Positions 27,340-35,475 of a DNA stretch of 35,475 bases are shown in pieces. Under the pieces are notes generated by a model. It was not told the DNA's origin and ran no database searches. It saw only the letters and a list, made by a program, of their open reading frames with translations. The first letter of the stretch is position 1. Each line of letters opens with the position of its first letter. The position numbers and the translations under genes are program-made. Source of the stretch: Desulfobacterales bacterium (GTDB taxonomy: Bacteria > Desulfobacterota > Desulfobacteria > Desulfobacterales > SpSt-501); NCBI GenBank assembly GCA_025454275.1, contig JALOOS010000001.1, forward strand, positions 1 through 35,475. The letters run 5' to 3'.

Positions 27340-28600
27340 ATGCGTGCCCGCCCCGCTCCAGGGCGGCGAGCCGGATGCAGACGGCCAGCACCTCCATGGC
27401 GGTGCGGATGTCGGCCGCCGCGGGAAACGAGGGGGCGATGCGGACATTCCTGTCGGCGGGATCGTTGCGCAGCGGAAAGGTCGACCCGGCCGGTGTGAAG
27501 GTGACTCCGGCCTCGGCTGCGAGCTGCACCACCCGCCGGGCGCATCCCGGCGGCGTGTCGAGGCTGATGAAGTAGCCCCCGGCCGGCCGGGTCCAGGCAG
27601 CCAGTCCCAGCCCCCCCAACTCCCGTTCCAGAACCGCGAGCGCCGCCTCGAACTTCGGCTTTAGAATGGCGGCATGCTGCTGCATGTGCGCCAGGATTCC
27701 CTCCATGCTCCGGAAAAAGCGGACATGCCGCAGCTGGTTCAATTTGTCCGGACCGATGGTCTGAAAGCCCAGGTGGGATCGGGCCCACGCCATGGCGGCG
27801 CGACTGCCGGCCAGGAAGGCCAGTCCGCTGCCGGCAAAGGAGATCTTCGAGGTGGAACCGAAAAGCAGGACGCGGTCCGGGTGGCCGCTGGCACGGCAGG
27901 CGGCGAGGATATCGGCCAGCCGGGCCGGGGCTCCGTCCAAATGGTGGACGGCATAGGCGTTGTCCCAGAAAATCCGGAAATCAGGAGCCCGCGCCGGCAG
28001 GGCGGCGAGGCGCTCGACCACCGCATCCGAGTAGACTGCGCCGGTTGGGTTGCTGTACTTGGGGACGCACCAGATGCCTTTCACCCGTGGATCGGCGGCG
28101 GCATGCCGCTCCACCGCCTCCATGTCCGGCCCATCGGCCCCCATCGCCACCGGGATCATCTCGATCCCCAGATGCTCGCAGATGGCAAAATGCCGGTCGT
28201 AGCCCGGGCTGGGGCATAGAAACGCGACCCCCTCCTGCCGGCCCCAGGGAGCCACGCCGGGGGCTGCGCCGAAGAGCATGGCCCATGTCATGGCATCATG
28301 CATCAGGGTCAGGCTCGAGCTGCCCCCGATGATCAGCTCCTCGGGGGTCACGCCCATGTACCCGGCAAAAAGCGCCTTGGCTTCGGGGATTCCGTCGAGA
28401 CCCCCGTAGTTGCGGCAGTCGGTGCCGTCCGCGGCTTTATACCCGGCGGGGCCGAGGCCGTCCAGGAGAGACGCGGCCAGGTCGAGCTGCTCGGAACAGG
28501 GTTTTCCCCGGGTCATGTCCAGGCGGATGCCTCGTGACTGAAACTCCCGGTAGCGACGGGTCAGATCGGCTTTCAACTGCTCGCGTTCCATCGGGGTCAT
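27338..28600 (-). CDS. PLP-dependent aminotransferase (class I/II fold, aspartate/alanine-glyoxylate aminotransferase-like)
   Basis: LDMTRGKPCSEQLDL N-terminal motif, STSKISFAGSGLAF (PLP-lysine region), ~420 aa. Start at Met7 (MTPMEREQL), which has a GGAAGG SD 7 nt upstream; 28618 is the alternative. Confidence 0.8.
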   Translation of the reverse strand: MTPMEREQLKADLTRRYREFQSRGIRLDMTRGKPCSEQLDLAASLLDGLGPAGYKAADGTDCRNYGGLDGIPEAKALFAGYMGVTPEELIIGGSSSLTLMHDAMTWAMLFGAAPGVAPWGRQEGVAFLCPSPGYDRHFAICEHLGIEMIPVAMGADGPDMEAVERHAAADPRVKGIWCVPKYSNPTGAVYSDAVVERLAALPARAPDFRIFWDNAYAVHHLDGAPARLADILAACRASGHPDRVLLFGSTSKISFAGSGLAFLAGSRAAMAWARSHLGFQTIGPDKLNQLRHVRFFRSMEGILAHMQQHAAILKPKFEAALAVLERELGGLGLAAWTRPAGGYFISLDTPPGCARRVVQLAAEAGVTFTPAGSTFPLRNDPADRNVRIAPSFPAAADIRTAMEVLAVCIRLAALERGGHA

Positions 28601-28672
28601 ACGCGTACCTTCCTTCATCTATTTCATTTTAGTGAGGCGGGGCCGGTGAGACCCGCCGCTGCCAAAAGGCCT

Positions 28673-29467
28673 TTAGCATTGCAGCGGCCCTGATTCAATC
28701 CCGCGCGCCGGAACGACCGGGGGGCATTCGTATCGGACCTCGACCAGGAACAGTCCGCGGGCCGGGGCGGTGGGGCCTGCCTGGCGCCGGTCCCGCGAGT
28801 CCAAAATGGCCGCGATGCGGGCGGGTTCGATCTTGCCCCGCCCGACCGCCACCAGCGTTCCGACGATGTTGCGCACCATGCAGCGCAGAAAGCCGTCGGC
28901 CTCGATCTCAAAAATGAGGAGACCCGAATCCGGGTCGCGGCTCCACCCGGCCGCGGTGACGTTTCGCACCGTGTGCGCCCGGGGGCTGCCGGTGCTCTCG
29001 AAGGCCTTGAAATCGCGGCGGCCGACCACGCAAAGGGCCGCCGCCTGCATCGCGGTGAGATCGAGAGGGGTGTGAATGAACCAGCAGGTATGCCGGTCGA
29101 GGGCGCTTCGAACCGTGCGGTTCAGGACCCGGTAGCGGTAGGTTTTGCTCCTGGCGGAAAACCGGGCATGGAAATCATCCGGCACGTGGCGGCACTCCAG
29201 GACGGCGATGTCCGGCGGCAGCAGGCTGTTCAGCCCCTTGAGGAGCTGGCCGGGGTCCAGACGGGTGTCGCAGCGGAAACTGGCGACCTGTCCCAGGGCA
29301 TGCACCCCGGCATCGGTGCGGCCTGCTCCCAGCAGGACCACGGCGGTCCGGGTCAGCGTGCCGAGGGCCTTCTCGATCTCCGCCTGGACGGTCGGCTCAT
29401 CGGCCTGCCGCTGCCAGCCGCTGTAACGGGTGCCGTCGTACTCGATGGTCAGTTTGAAGTTGCGCAT
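28673..29467 (-). CDS. truA: tRNA pseudouridine(38-40) synthase TruA
   Basis: MRNFKLTIEYDGTRYSGWQRQ, catalytic GRTDAGVHA; 264 aa from Met42 of ORF 28673..29590. Confidence 0.92.
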   Translation of the reverse strand: MRNFKLTIEYDGTRYSGWQRQADEPTVQAEIEKALGTLTRTAVVLLGAGRTDAGVHALGQVASFRCDTRLDPGQLLKGLNSLLPPDIAVLECRHVPDDFHARFSARSKTYRYRVLNRTVRSALDRHTCWFIHTPLDLTAMQAAALCVVGRRDFKAFESTGSPRAHTVRNVTAAGWSRDPDSGLLIFEIEADGFLRCMVRNIVGTLVAVGRGKIEPARIAAILDSRDRRQAGPTAPARGLFLVEVRYECPPVVPARGIESGPLQC

Positions 29468-29649
29468 TACAAGCGGTCGCAGCGCGTGTCGCCCAGCTCC
29501 GCCTCGAGGGCGTCGTCGATCTGCTCCGGCCGTTCGGCCAGGGAGTGCTCGGCGCCGCAGGCCCTGCAGCGCAGGTAAACCGACCGTCACGTGCGGCGCA
29601 GCTCCAGGCGGCCGCGGCAGCGGCGGCAGAGCCGTTCGATTGGGGGCAT
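29467..29649 (-). CDS. Small zinc-ribbon-like ORF interrupted by an in-frame TGA (candidate selenoprotein, pseudogene or leader peptide), translationally coupled to truA
   Basis: AGGAGA SD 8 nt upstream of the ATG at 29649. Translation: MPPIERLCRRCRGRLELRRT-[TGA 29589..29587]-RSVYLRCRACGAEHSLAERPEQIDDALEAELGDTRCDRL-TAA. The TAA overlaps the truA ATG (TAATG). Not present in the ORF track. Confidence 0.4.
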
Positions 29650-29913
29650 GGCGTTATTCTCCTGAGCCGCGGCGGCGGGATGGGCATTTCAACATAACCA
29701 CCGCTTACCGCAATCCCACAGAGGCTGTCAAACGACCGCCGTCGCCGCCGGTCGAGCTGGTGGGTTTGACAAGCGGCCGGGATTCTGTCAGATCACCGTG
29801 ATAATTCAAACGGTTCCGTGCCCAAGGGGGCTGTCGCGGCGGATGAGGCGTGCTATGGGCTTCAGGGCCCGGTGCGGCCCTCCACGGGCGATCGCATGCA
29901 AGGAGTTGAGACA

Positions 29914-31098
29914 ATGCAGATCATTCCCTGCCCCGGGTTCCGGGCGGCCGGCGTGGCCGCCGGCATCAAGAAAAACGGCCGCAAGGACCTCGGCCTGATC
30001 GTCGCGGACGTCCCGGCGGCGGTCGCCGGGCTCTTCACCCGCAACCAGGTGCAGGCGGCGCCGGTGCGGCTCGACCGCGAACGGGTCCGGGCCGGGGTCT
30101 GCCGGGCGGTCATCGTCAACAGCGGCAACGCCAACTGCTGCACGGGGGCGGACGGCGACCGCGACGCCCGGCGCATGGCCGCCGCGGCGGCGCAGGCGGC
30201 GGCGGTGCCGGCGGATCAGGTGCTGGTGGCCTCGACCGGTGTCATCGGCGAGCGGCTGCCCGTGGAACGCATCGAGCAGGCGCTGCCCGGACTGGTAAGC
30301 GCCCTGGCGCCGGAAGGGGTTGCCGATTTCGCCGAGGCGATCATGACCACCGACCGCGTGCCCAAGGTCGTCTCGCGCCGCGCTCCGGTCGGCGGGCGCA
30401 CGGTCACCGTCACCGGGGTGGCCAAGGGGGCGGGCATGATTCGGCCGGATGTGGCCACCATGCTCTGCTTTATCATGACGGATGCCCGGGTGGAGGCCCC
30501 CCTCCTGCATGCGATGCTCACAGCCGGCGCCGAGCGCTCCTTCAACCGCATCACTGTTGACGGCGACACCAGCACCAACGACACCATCCTGCTGCTGGCA
30601 AACGGTCTCTCCGGCGCTGCAATCGCCACCGAAGCGGAGCGCGCGGCCTTCCGGTCCCTGCTCGACGACACCATGCTGGCCCTGGCCCGCTGGGTGGTCA
30701 AGGATGCCGAGGGGGCCAACAAACTGGTGAGGGTCGCGGTGAACGGTGCCGCATCGGACGCCGATGCCCGTAAAGTCGCGGACACGGTGGCCAACTCCCC
30801 CCTCGTCAAGACGGCCCTTTTCGGCGAGGATGCCAACTGGGGCCGGATCCTGGCGGCGGCGGGCCGGGCCGGGGTGCCCTTCGATCCCGGCCGGGTCGAC
30901 ATCTTCATCGGGCCGGTGCGGATGGCGGCCGGCGGCATGGGCTGCGGCAAGGCGGCCGAGGCCGAAGCGACCCGCGTCCTCAAAACCGATGAGTTCGAGA
31001 TCACTCTCGATCTGCACCAGGGCACGGGGCATGATGCGGTTTTCACCTGCGATTTTTCGATAGACTATGTCAAGATCAATGCGGACTACCGCAGCTAG
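29914..31098 (+). CDS. argJ: Bifunctional ornithine acetyltransferase / N-acetylglutamate synthase ArgJ
   Basis: GVAAGIKKNGRKDLGLI and the autoprocessing site GMIRPDVATMLCFIMTDA. AAGGAG SD lies 8 nt before the ATG at 29914. Confidence 0.92.
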   Translation: MQIIPCPGFRAAGVAAGIKKNGRKDLGLIVADVPAAVAGLFTRNQVQAAPVRLDRERVRAGVCRAVIVNSGNANCCTGADGDRDARRMAAAAAQAAAVPADQVLVASTGVIGERLPVERIEQALPGLVSALAPEGVADFAEAIMTTDRVPKVVSRRAPVGGRTVTVTGVAKGAGMIRPDVATMLCFIMTDARVEAPLLHAMLTAGAERSFNRITVDGDTSTNDTILLLANGLSGAAIATEAERAAFRSLLDDTMLALARWVVKDAEGANKLVRVAVNGAASDADARKVADTVANSPLVKTALFGEDANWGRILAAAGRAGVPFDPGRVDIFIGPVRMAAGGMGCGKAAEAEATRVLKTDEFEITLDLHQGTGHDAVFTCDFSIDYVKINADYRS

Positions 31099-31107
31099 GC
31101 CGCTCCG

Positions 31108-31848
31108 GTGAGCCTCATCCGCCTGCAGAAATACCTATCGGCCGCCGGGGTGTGCTCGCGCCGCCGGGGGGAAACCCTCATCCGCGAGGGCCGCGTCACG
31201 GTCAACGGGGCGGTGGTGGACGGATTGGGGGCGAAGATCGACCCGCAATGCGACCGCGTCGCCGTGGACGGGGCCCCGGTCGTGCCGGCGGCGGGGGCGG
31301 TCTATATCGCGCTGCACAAGCCGCCGGGTTACGTGACCAGCTGCCGCCACCCGGGCAAGCGGATCGTCCTGGACCTCGTCGATCTGCCCGAGCGGGTCTT
31401 CCCGGTGGGGCGCCTGGACAAGGATTCGACCGGCCTGCTGCTGCTCACCAACGACGGGCGGCTCCATCATCGCCTGTCGCACCCCTCCTTCGACCACGAG
31501 AAGGAATACGACGTCACCGTGGAGCGGCCCATATCCGACGGGGCGCTGCAGCGCATGGCGCGGGGGCTGCCGATTCTGAACACGCGCACGCGGCCGGCCG
31601 AGGTGAAGCGGGTCGCCGAGAACCGCTTTCGCATCGTCCTCAAGGAGGGCCGCAACCGGCAGATCCGGCGCATGGTCGGACGGGTAGGCAACGAGGTGGT
31701 CCGCCTCAAGCGCATCCGCTTCGCCGGCATCGTCCTGGGAAATCTCCCGGAAGGGGCGTGGCGGCACCTCACGCCGGAGGAGGTAGGGAGGCTGACGGTC
31801 GGCCCGTCGGCCGGTCGGCCCGTCAGCCCGTCAGCCCGAAAGGGCTAA
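31108..31848 (+). CDS. rRNA pseudouridine synthase (RsuA/RluB/RluF family)
   Basis: S4 domain RLQKYLSAAGVCSRRRGETLI and catalytic GRLDKDSTGLLLLTNDG. The C-terminal tail VGPSAGRPVSPSARKG is encoded by an 8-nt tandem repeat. Confidence 0.88.
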   Translation: MSLIRLQKYLSAAGVCSRRRGETLIREGRVTVNGAVVDGLGAKIDPQCDRVAVDGAPVVPAAGAVYIALHKPPGYVTSCRHPGKRIVLDLVDLPERVFPVGRLDKDSTGLLLLTNDGRLHHRLSHPSFDHEKEYDVTVERPISDGALQRMARGLPILNTRTRPAEVKRVAENRFRIVLKEGRNRQIRRMVGRVGNEVVRLKRIRFAGIVLGNLPEGAWRHLTPEEVGRLTVGPSAGRPVSPSARKG

Positions 31849-31934
31849 AGAGCCGACGCTGCGACCGGCTTTTCCCGGATAGACCGGCGACGGGCCGACC
31901 GGCTGACCGGCTGACGGGCCGACCGGTGACGGCC
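31791..31934. repeat. Inverted repeat built from 8-nt periodic units (GTCGGCCC/GTCAGCCC) at a convergent gene junction
   Basis: GGTCGGCCCGTCAGCCCGTCAGCC (31813-31836) versus the reverse complement of 31901-31924 (GGTCGGCCCGTCAGCCGGTCAGCC): 23/24 by hand. Both arms extend as further 8-mers. Confidence 0.75.
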
Positions 31935-32468
31935 TCACACCCTCGCCAGCACATACTCCGCCCGTTCCGGGATCCGCAACACCGGCACCCGCACCGGGGA
32001 GTAGCCCAGCTCCGTGTAAGCCGCCTCGATCAGCCGTTCGATGAGGGCCGCGGTGTCGCCATTTTCCGAGCGGACGGGGTCTTTCAGGAACTCCAGCCGT
32101 TCGAAGAGGAAAACACGGTGATAGCGGATCCGCAGGCAGTGGGCGCGAGGCTCTTGCGGGTCGAGCCCCTCCAGGGTGAAGTAGGCGATGCTGTCCGGCA
32201 GTCCGCGGTCGAGGAAGAGCGGCTCCTCCGGCGGCAGGCGGCCCTCAAGCGCAAGCTTGGTGCGGAAGATCCGCCCCTCGAAGACGGCGGGATCCGCTTT
32301 GATCTCTTCCAGGCGGCGGCCCCGGGCGAGCTCCTGGTCGATCACCGCCCGCGCGGTTTCCGGGACCACCGGTCGGCCGCGGCGGGCGAGTTCATCGATC
32401 ACGGCCGTCTTGCCCGAGCAGGGAGCGCCGGTGATGACGCTCCAGCGCGTGCGGCGGACCGTGCTCAT
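31935..32468 (-). CDS. Small P-loop ATPase (AAA_28 / NadR-kinase-like)
   Basis: 177 aa. Walker A ITGAPCSGKT near the N-terminus. ATGA overlap with the upstream lytic transglycosylase gene. Confidence 0.7.
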   Translation of the reverse strand: MSTVRRTRWSVITGAPCSGKTAVIDELARRGRPVVPETARAVIDQELARGRRLEEIKADPAVFEGRIFRTKLALEGRLPPEEPLFLDRGLPDSIAYFTLEGLDPQEPRAHCLRIRYHRVFLFERLEFLKDPVRSENGDTAALIERLIEAAYTELGYSPVRVPVLRIPERAEYVLARV

Positions 32469-34306
32469 TCCAGGGTGATCTTCTGTCCCGGGACGATCCT
32501 GGAGCGGGGGGTGAGCTTGTTGATGGCCAGCAGCTGGTCGAGGCTCATGTTGTGGTCCTTGGCGATCCCGTGCAGGGTGTCTCCCGGCCGGACGGAGTAG
32601 ACCGTGGGTTTGGATTTCGGCGGCTGCGGGCGCTGGGCAGCGGCCGACGAAACGGTCAGCCGTTGTCCGATGCTGATCCCGGTGCCCTTCAGCTGGTTCA
32701 GGCGCTGGATCTCCTGGACGGAGGTGTTGTAGCGCTGGGCGATGTTGTATAAGGAATCCCCCCGTCGCACCACGTGTTCGACCGTGGCCCGCCTGCCGGT
32801 GCCGGCGGCCGCTGCGGGCGGCGGGTCGACAGGGCAATCCGCCATCGGGATCCGCAGCGTGCGGCCGGCGGTGAGAGGTCCGGGCGTTCGCAGGTTGTTC
32901 GCCTGCATGATGGTTTTCGCATCGGTGCCGTAGCGGCGGGACAAGCCGGCGAGCGTCTCCCCGCGGCGCACCCGGTGGTGGACCACCTGCACCCGCCGCG
33001 GCCGGTAGCTGGGGATCTCCTCGATTCTGGCGGATACCTGCTCGGCCGCTCCCGGGGGCACGCGCAGATCGTAGCCGTTCTCCGGCAGCACCCCCAGGCG
33101 CAACTCGGCGTTGAGCTCGCGCAGCAGTGCCGGGTCGATGCCGGCCACCTGGGCGATGCTGCGCAGATCGGCCTGTTTCGGCACGGTGACGGTCTCATAC
33201 GCGAGCTCCGGCTCGGGCGCCACGGCATCCAGCCCGTAGCGCTCGAGGGAGCCGACGATGTGCAAGGTCGCGAGAAAGCGCGGCACGTACCGGGCGGTCT
33301 CGCGCGGCAGGCGTTCGTAAAGGTCCCAGAAATCATCCAGGTAATTGATGTTCTGGCTCTGGATGGTCCGCATGACCCGGTTCTCGCCGCAGTTGTAGGC
33401 GGCCAGCACGGTGGACCAGTCGCCGAACATCTCGTGCAGCTCTTTCAGGTAGTCGATGGCCGCACGGGTGGCCTTTTCCGGGTCCATGCGCTCATCGATG
33501 AAACCGTCCCGGTTCAGGTTGTAGCGATAGCCGGTCGAGGGGATGAACTGCCACAGCCCAAGGGCGCGGGCGGAGGAGAGGGCCTGGACCTTGTAGCCGC
33601 TCTCGATCAACGGCAGCCAGGCGAGCTCTACCGGAAGGCCGGCCTCTTTCAGGGCGGCTTCGATCTTCGGCCGGTACTTCCCGGACCGGCGGTAGGCCTC
33701 CATGAAAAAATCGCGCTCGCGGCCGATCGTAAAGGAATCGATTTCGGCCTGAACATGGGCGTTCTGTATGAGCGGGATGGCGTTGCGCTCCCCGTTGACC
33801 GCTACGCGCCGGGAGGAGTAAATTTCCAGGATCCGCTTGGAGATCGTGTAGCGCAGGTCGTCTTTTTCCTGGCTCAGGAGAGCGTCGCTGCCCGGGTCCA
33901 CCTCGAGGATGAGTGCGTAGGCCTCGTCGAGCAGACCGATCGCCTGTTCGAGGTCGCCCGCCTGCCACAGGCGCTGGGCTTTCCGGCACATGGCGAGGGC
34001 CTCGTTGAGGGCGCCTTGGGCCCCGTCGGGTTTATCGGCATCCTCCTCGATCTCGCACTCCTCCTCCCCGGAGGCGGGGGGAAGGGCGGAGGGGGAGCCG
34101 GTGCGGGGGGCTGCCGGCGATGCGGCGGGGGGCGGCACGGGGGCAGGGGCCGTTTTTCGGAGAGCCGGTGCGGGGGTGACGGCACTGACCGGGGCGGAAG
34201 GAGTCGCGGCGGTGCCCGGCGCCCTCTCCCCGGCCGTGTGCGAACACCCCATCATCACCATCAACCCAAGGAGAGCGGCCATCCGCCGGATTTCGTGAAG
34301 ATGCAT
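32465..34306 (-). CDS. mltD: Membrane-bound lytic murein transglycosylase (MltD-like) with three C-terminal LysM domains
   Basis: Lipobox LMVMMGC. SLT catalytic region LPLIESGYKVQALSSARALGLWQFIPSTG. Three LysM repeats (HRVRRGETLAGLSRRY; HVVRRGDSLYNIAQRY; YSVRPGDTLHGIAKDH). Confidence 0.88.
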   Translation of the reverse strand: MHLHEIRRMAALLGLMVMMGCSHTAGERAPGTAATPSAPVSAVTPAPALRKTAPAPVPPPAASPAAPRTGSPSALPPASGEEECEIEEDADKPDGAQGALNEALAMCRKAQRLWQAGDLEQAIGLLDEAYALILEVDPGSDALLSQEKDDLRYTISKRILEIYSSRRVAVNGERNAIPLIQNAHVQAEIDSFTIGRERDFFMEAYRRSGKYRPKIEAALKEAGLPVELAWLPLIESGYKVQALSSARALGLWQFIPSTGYRYNLNRDGFIDERMDPEKATRAAIDYLKELHEMFGDWSTVLAAYNCGENRVMRTIQSQNINYLDDFWDLYERLPRETARYVPRFLATLHIVGSLERYGLDAVAPEPELAYETVTVPKQADLRSIAQVAGIDPALLRELNAELRLGVLPENGYDLRVPPGAAEQVSARIEEIPSYRPRRVQVVHHRVRRGETLAGLSRRYGTDAKTIMQANNLRTPGPLTAGRTLRIPMADCPVDPPPAAAAGTGRRATVEHVVRRGDSLYNIAQRYNTSVQEIQRLNQLKGTGISIGQRLTVSSAAAQRPQPPKSKPTVYSVRPGDTLHGIAKDHNMSLDQLLAINKLTPRSRIVPGQKITLE

Positions 34307-34585
34307 ATGTCGTCAGCCTCCCTGTGCCACCGTTCGCACCGCTGCCGGTTGCGATCATGCAGCGCGCGGACCCCAACGCGTCGCGTCGGCTTCATAGATC
34401 AAAGCCCCGGGCGTTTGTCAACCCCGAGGCGATCGAGATGATGTTAACATATGATAGCACGATGCCGGTCGGGGATCAACCGGCCCCGCGGCGGCGGCGC
34501 CGGCGCCGATCGCCGTTGCGAGTCTTTAGGGGTGCCGGCGACCTGATTGGGGGGAGGGGGGCGCGGTCCGCTTTTAAAAAAATGG

Positions 34586-34657
34586 TTGCTTTTTCAGGGA
34601 CGGGTTCTATAATCTTTAAAAATTTAACTTGACACGCTTCGTAAAAACTCCTACAAG
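34586..34657 (+). promoter_or_regulatory. Tandem candidate sigma70 promoters for the tRNA-tuf operon
   Basis: P1 is TTGCTT (34586-91), 16 nt, TATAAT (34608-13). P2 is TTGACA (34629-34), 17 nt, TACAAG (34652-57). Both lie in an AT-rich stretch about 70-130 nt upstream of the first tRNA. Confidence 0.45.
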
Positions 34658-34723
34658 CACTTTTTTTGTGAGCCTGCCGTGGCCCATCGGGTTCGCCCCG
34701 GAGCCGCGGACAGGGCTTTATTT

Positions 34724-34799
34724 GCCAGCGTAGCTCAGCTGGTAGAGCTACTGATTTGTAATCAGTGGGTCGGGGGTTCGAGTCCCTCCGCTGGCTCCA
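34724..34799 (+). tRNA. tRNA-Thr (anticodon UGU), CCA encoded
   Basis: Cloverleaf read by hand: acceptor GCCAGCG/CGCTGGC, D arm GCTC-AGCTGGTA-GAGC, anticodon arm ACTGA-TTTGTAA-TCAGT, T arm GGGGG-TTCGAGT-CCCTC. Confidence 0.93.
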
Positions 34800-34877
34800 G
34801 GCATCCACGGGGCAGGGCTGTGGCGTACGGGGCGGCCCCGGGTTCGAACGAAACGACCGCGGATGGGTCGTTGTCAG

Positions 34878-34962
34878 GGTGGGGTTCCCGAGCGGTCAAA
34901 GGGAACAGACTGTAAATCTGTCGGCGATGCCTTCGGAGGTTCGAATCCTCCCCCCACCACCA
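34878..34962 (+). tRNA. tRNA-Tyr (anticodon GUA), long variable arm, CCA encoded
   Basis: Acceptor GGTGGGG/CCCCACC, anticodon loop CTGTAAA, variable arm ~13 nt (class II), T arm GGAGG-TTCGAAT-CCTCC. Confidence 0.93.
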
Positions 34963-35118
34963 GCCTGAACCACCAGCCTGATCTGGGTCTTTTGTAGGAG
35001 ATTTCGGCGGCGCCGTTCGAGATCGATAGCCACTACAGGACTTCCTGCATCGGTCTTCGTGTCACCTTGGACCCGCGCATCGGCGGCGAATCGGCGTTAT
35101 GCGGTGCACCGTGTTCCG

Positions 35119-35194
<76 letters not shown>

Positions 35195-35241
35195 CATGTT
35201 TCAAAGCCGCTCGGGCATGGGGTGATCGGCCCGGGGGATGA

Positions 35242-35318
35242 GCCCACGTAGCTCAGTAGGTAGAGCGCTTCCTTGGTAAGGAAGAGGTCCACCGGTTCGA
35301 TTCCGGTCGTGGGCTCCA
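35242..35318 (+). tRNA. tRNA-Thr (anticodon GGU), CCA encoded
   Basis: Acceptor GCCCACG/CGTGGGC, anticodon arm CTTCC-TTGGTAA-GGAAG, T arm ACCGG-TTCGATT-CCGGT. Confidence 0.9.
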
Positions 35319-35397
35319 TTTGGCATCGACCGTCGCTTGCGGCGAGGATGGGTGTTCCAACCAATCACATTTTACTTTTTTGCGGAGGGAAGAGGAG

Positions 35398-35475
35398 ATG
35401 GCCAAGCAGAAGTTTGAGCGAACGAAGCCGCACGTGAATGTGGGGACGATTGGGCACATCGACCATGGGAAGACG
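35398..35475 (+). CDS. tuf: Elongation factor Tu, first 26 codons (3' end beyond the window)
   Basis: [26 protein letters not shown] with a GAGGAG SD. Position after the Thr-Tyr-Gly-Thr tRNAs matches the thrU-tyrU-glyT-thrT-tufB arrangement known from E. coli. Confidence 0.95.
   Translation, partial: MAKQKFERTKPHVNVGTIGHIDHGKT

Overview
High-GC bacterial chromosomal segment. The gene content (PxxKW Cys-rich protein, UPF0210/ACT pair, 7TM-HD PgpH) suggests a Desulfobacterota/deltaproteobacterial genome, but that is inference only. About 37 protein genes are supported, and almost all are conserved housekeeping. In order they are: a GspE/PilB-type ATPase (5' truncated), rsmG, a metallophosphoesterase and a Usp protein. 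Next comes a minus-strand operon of ACT protein, UPF0210 (DUF711) protein and a polar-amino-acid ABC transporter (two permeases plus a binding protein, no ATPase). Then follow a DHH-CBS phosphoesterase, lysC, tsaE-nnr, phoH-pgpH-ybeY, cvpA-mazG-hisH-hisF and two small orphan genes. After those come class II fba, a DUF4124 protein, a TPR/LivK-like lipoprotein, ATP-PFK, the PxxKW protein, an aminotransferase, truA, argJ, an RsuA/RluB-type pseudouridine synthase, a small AAA ATPase and an MltD-like lytic transglycosylase. The window ends with the classic tRNA-Thr/Tyr/Gly/Thr cluster followed by tuf (3' truncated). I found no transposase, integrase, CRISPR array, toxin or defence genes, and no convincing novel multi-gene system. 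The items worth a second look are mostly non-coding or very small. (1) A family of long imperfect palindromes whose arms are built from 6-nt periodic TCGGNA units; two homologous copies sit in opposite orientation. A related 8-nt periodic inverted repeat also encodes the C-terminal tail of the pseudouridine synthase. (2) A 60-codon zinc-ribbon-like ORF coupled to truA and split by an in-frame TGA, with a SECIS-compatible hairpin downstream. It is absent from the ORF track. (3) An AT-rich island with two overlapping near-consensus promoters facing each other between pfk and the PxxKW gene, plus a leader hairpin. (4) A roughly 400-nt non-coding region upstream of fba. All coordinates of internal starts were derived by counting residues in the supplied ORF track.
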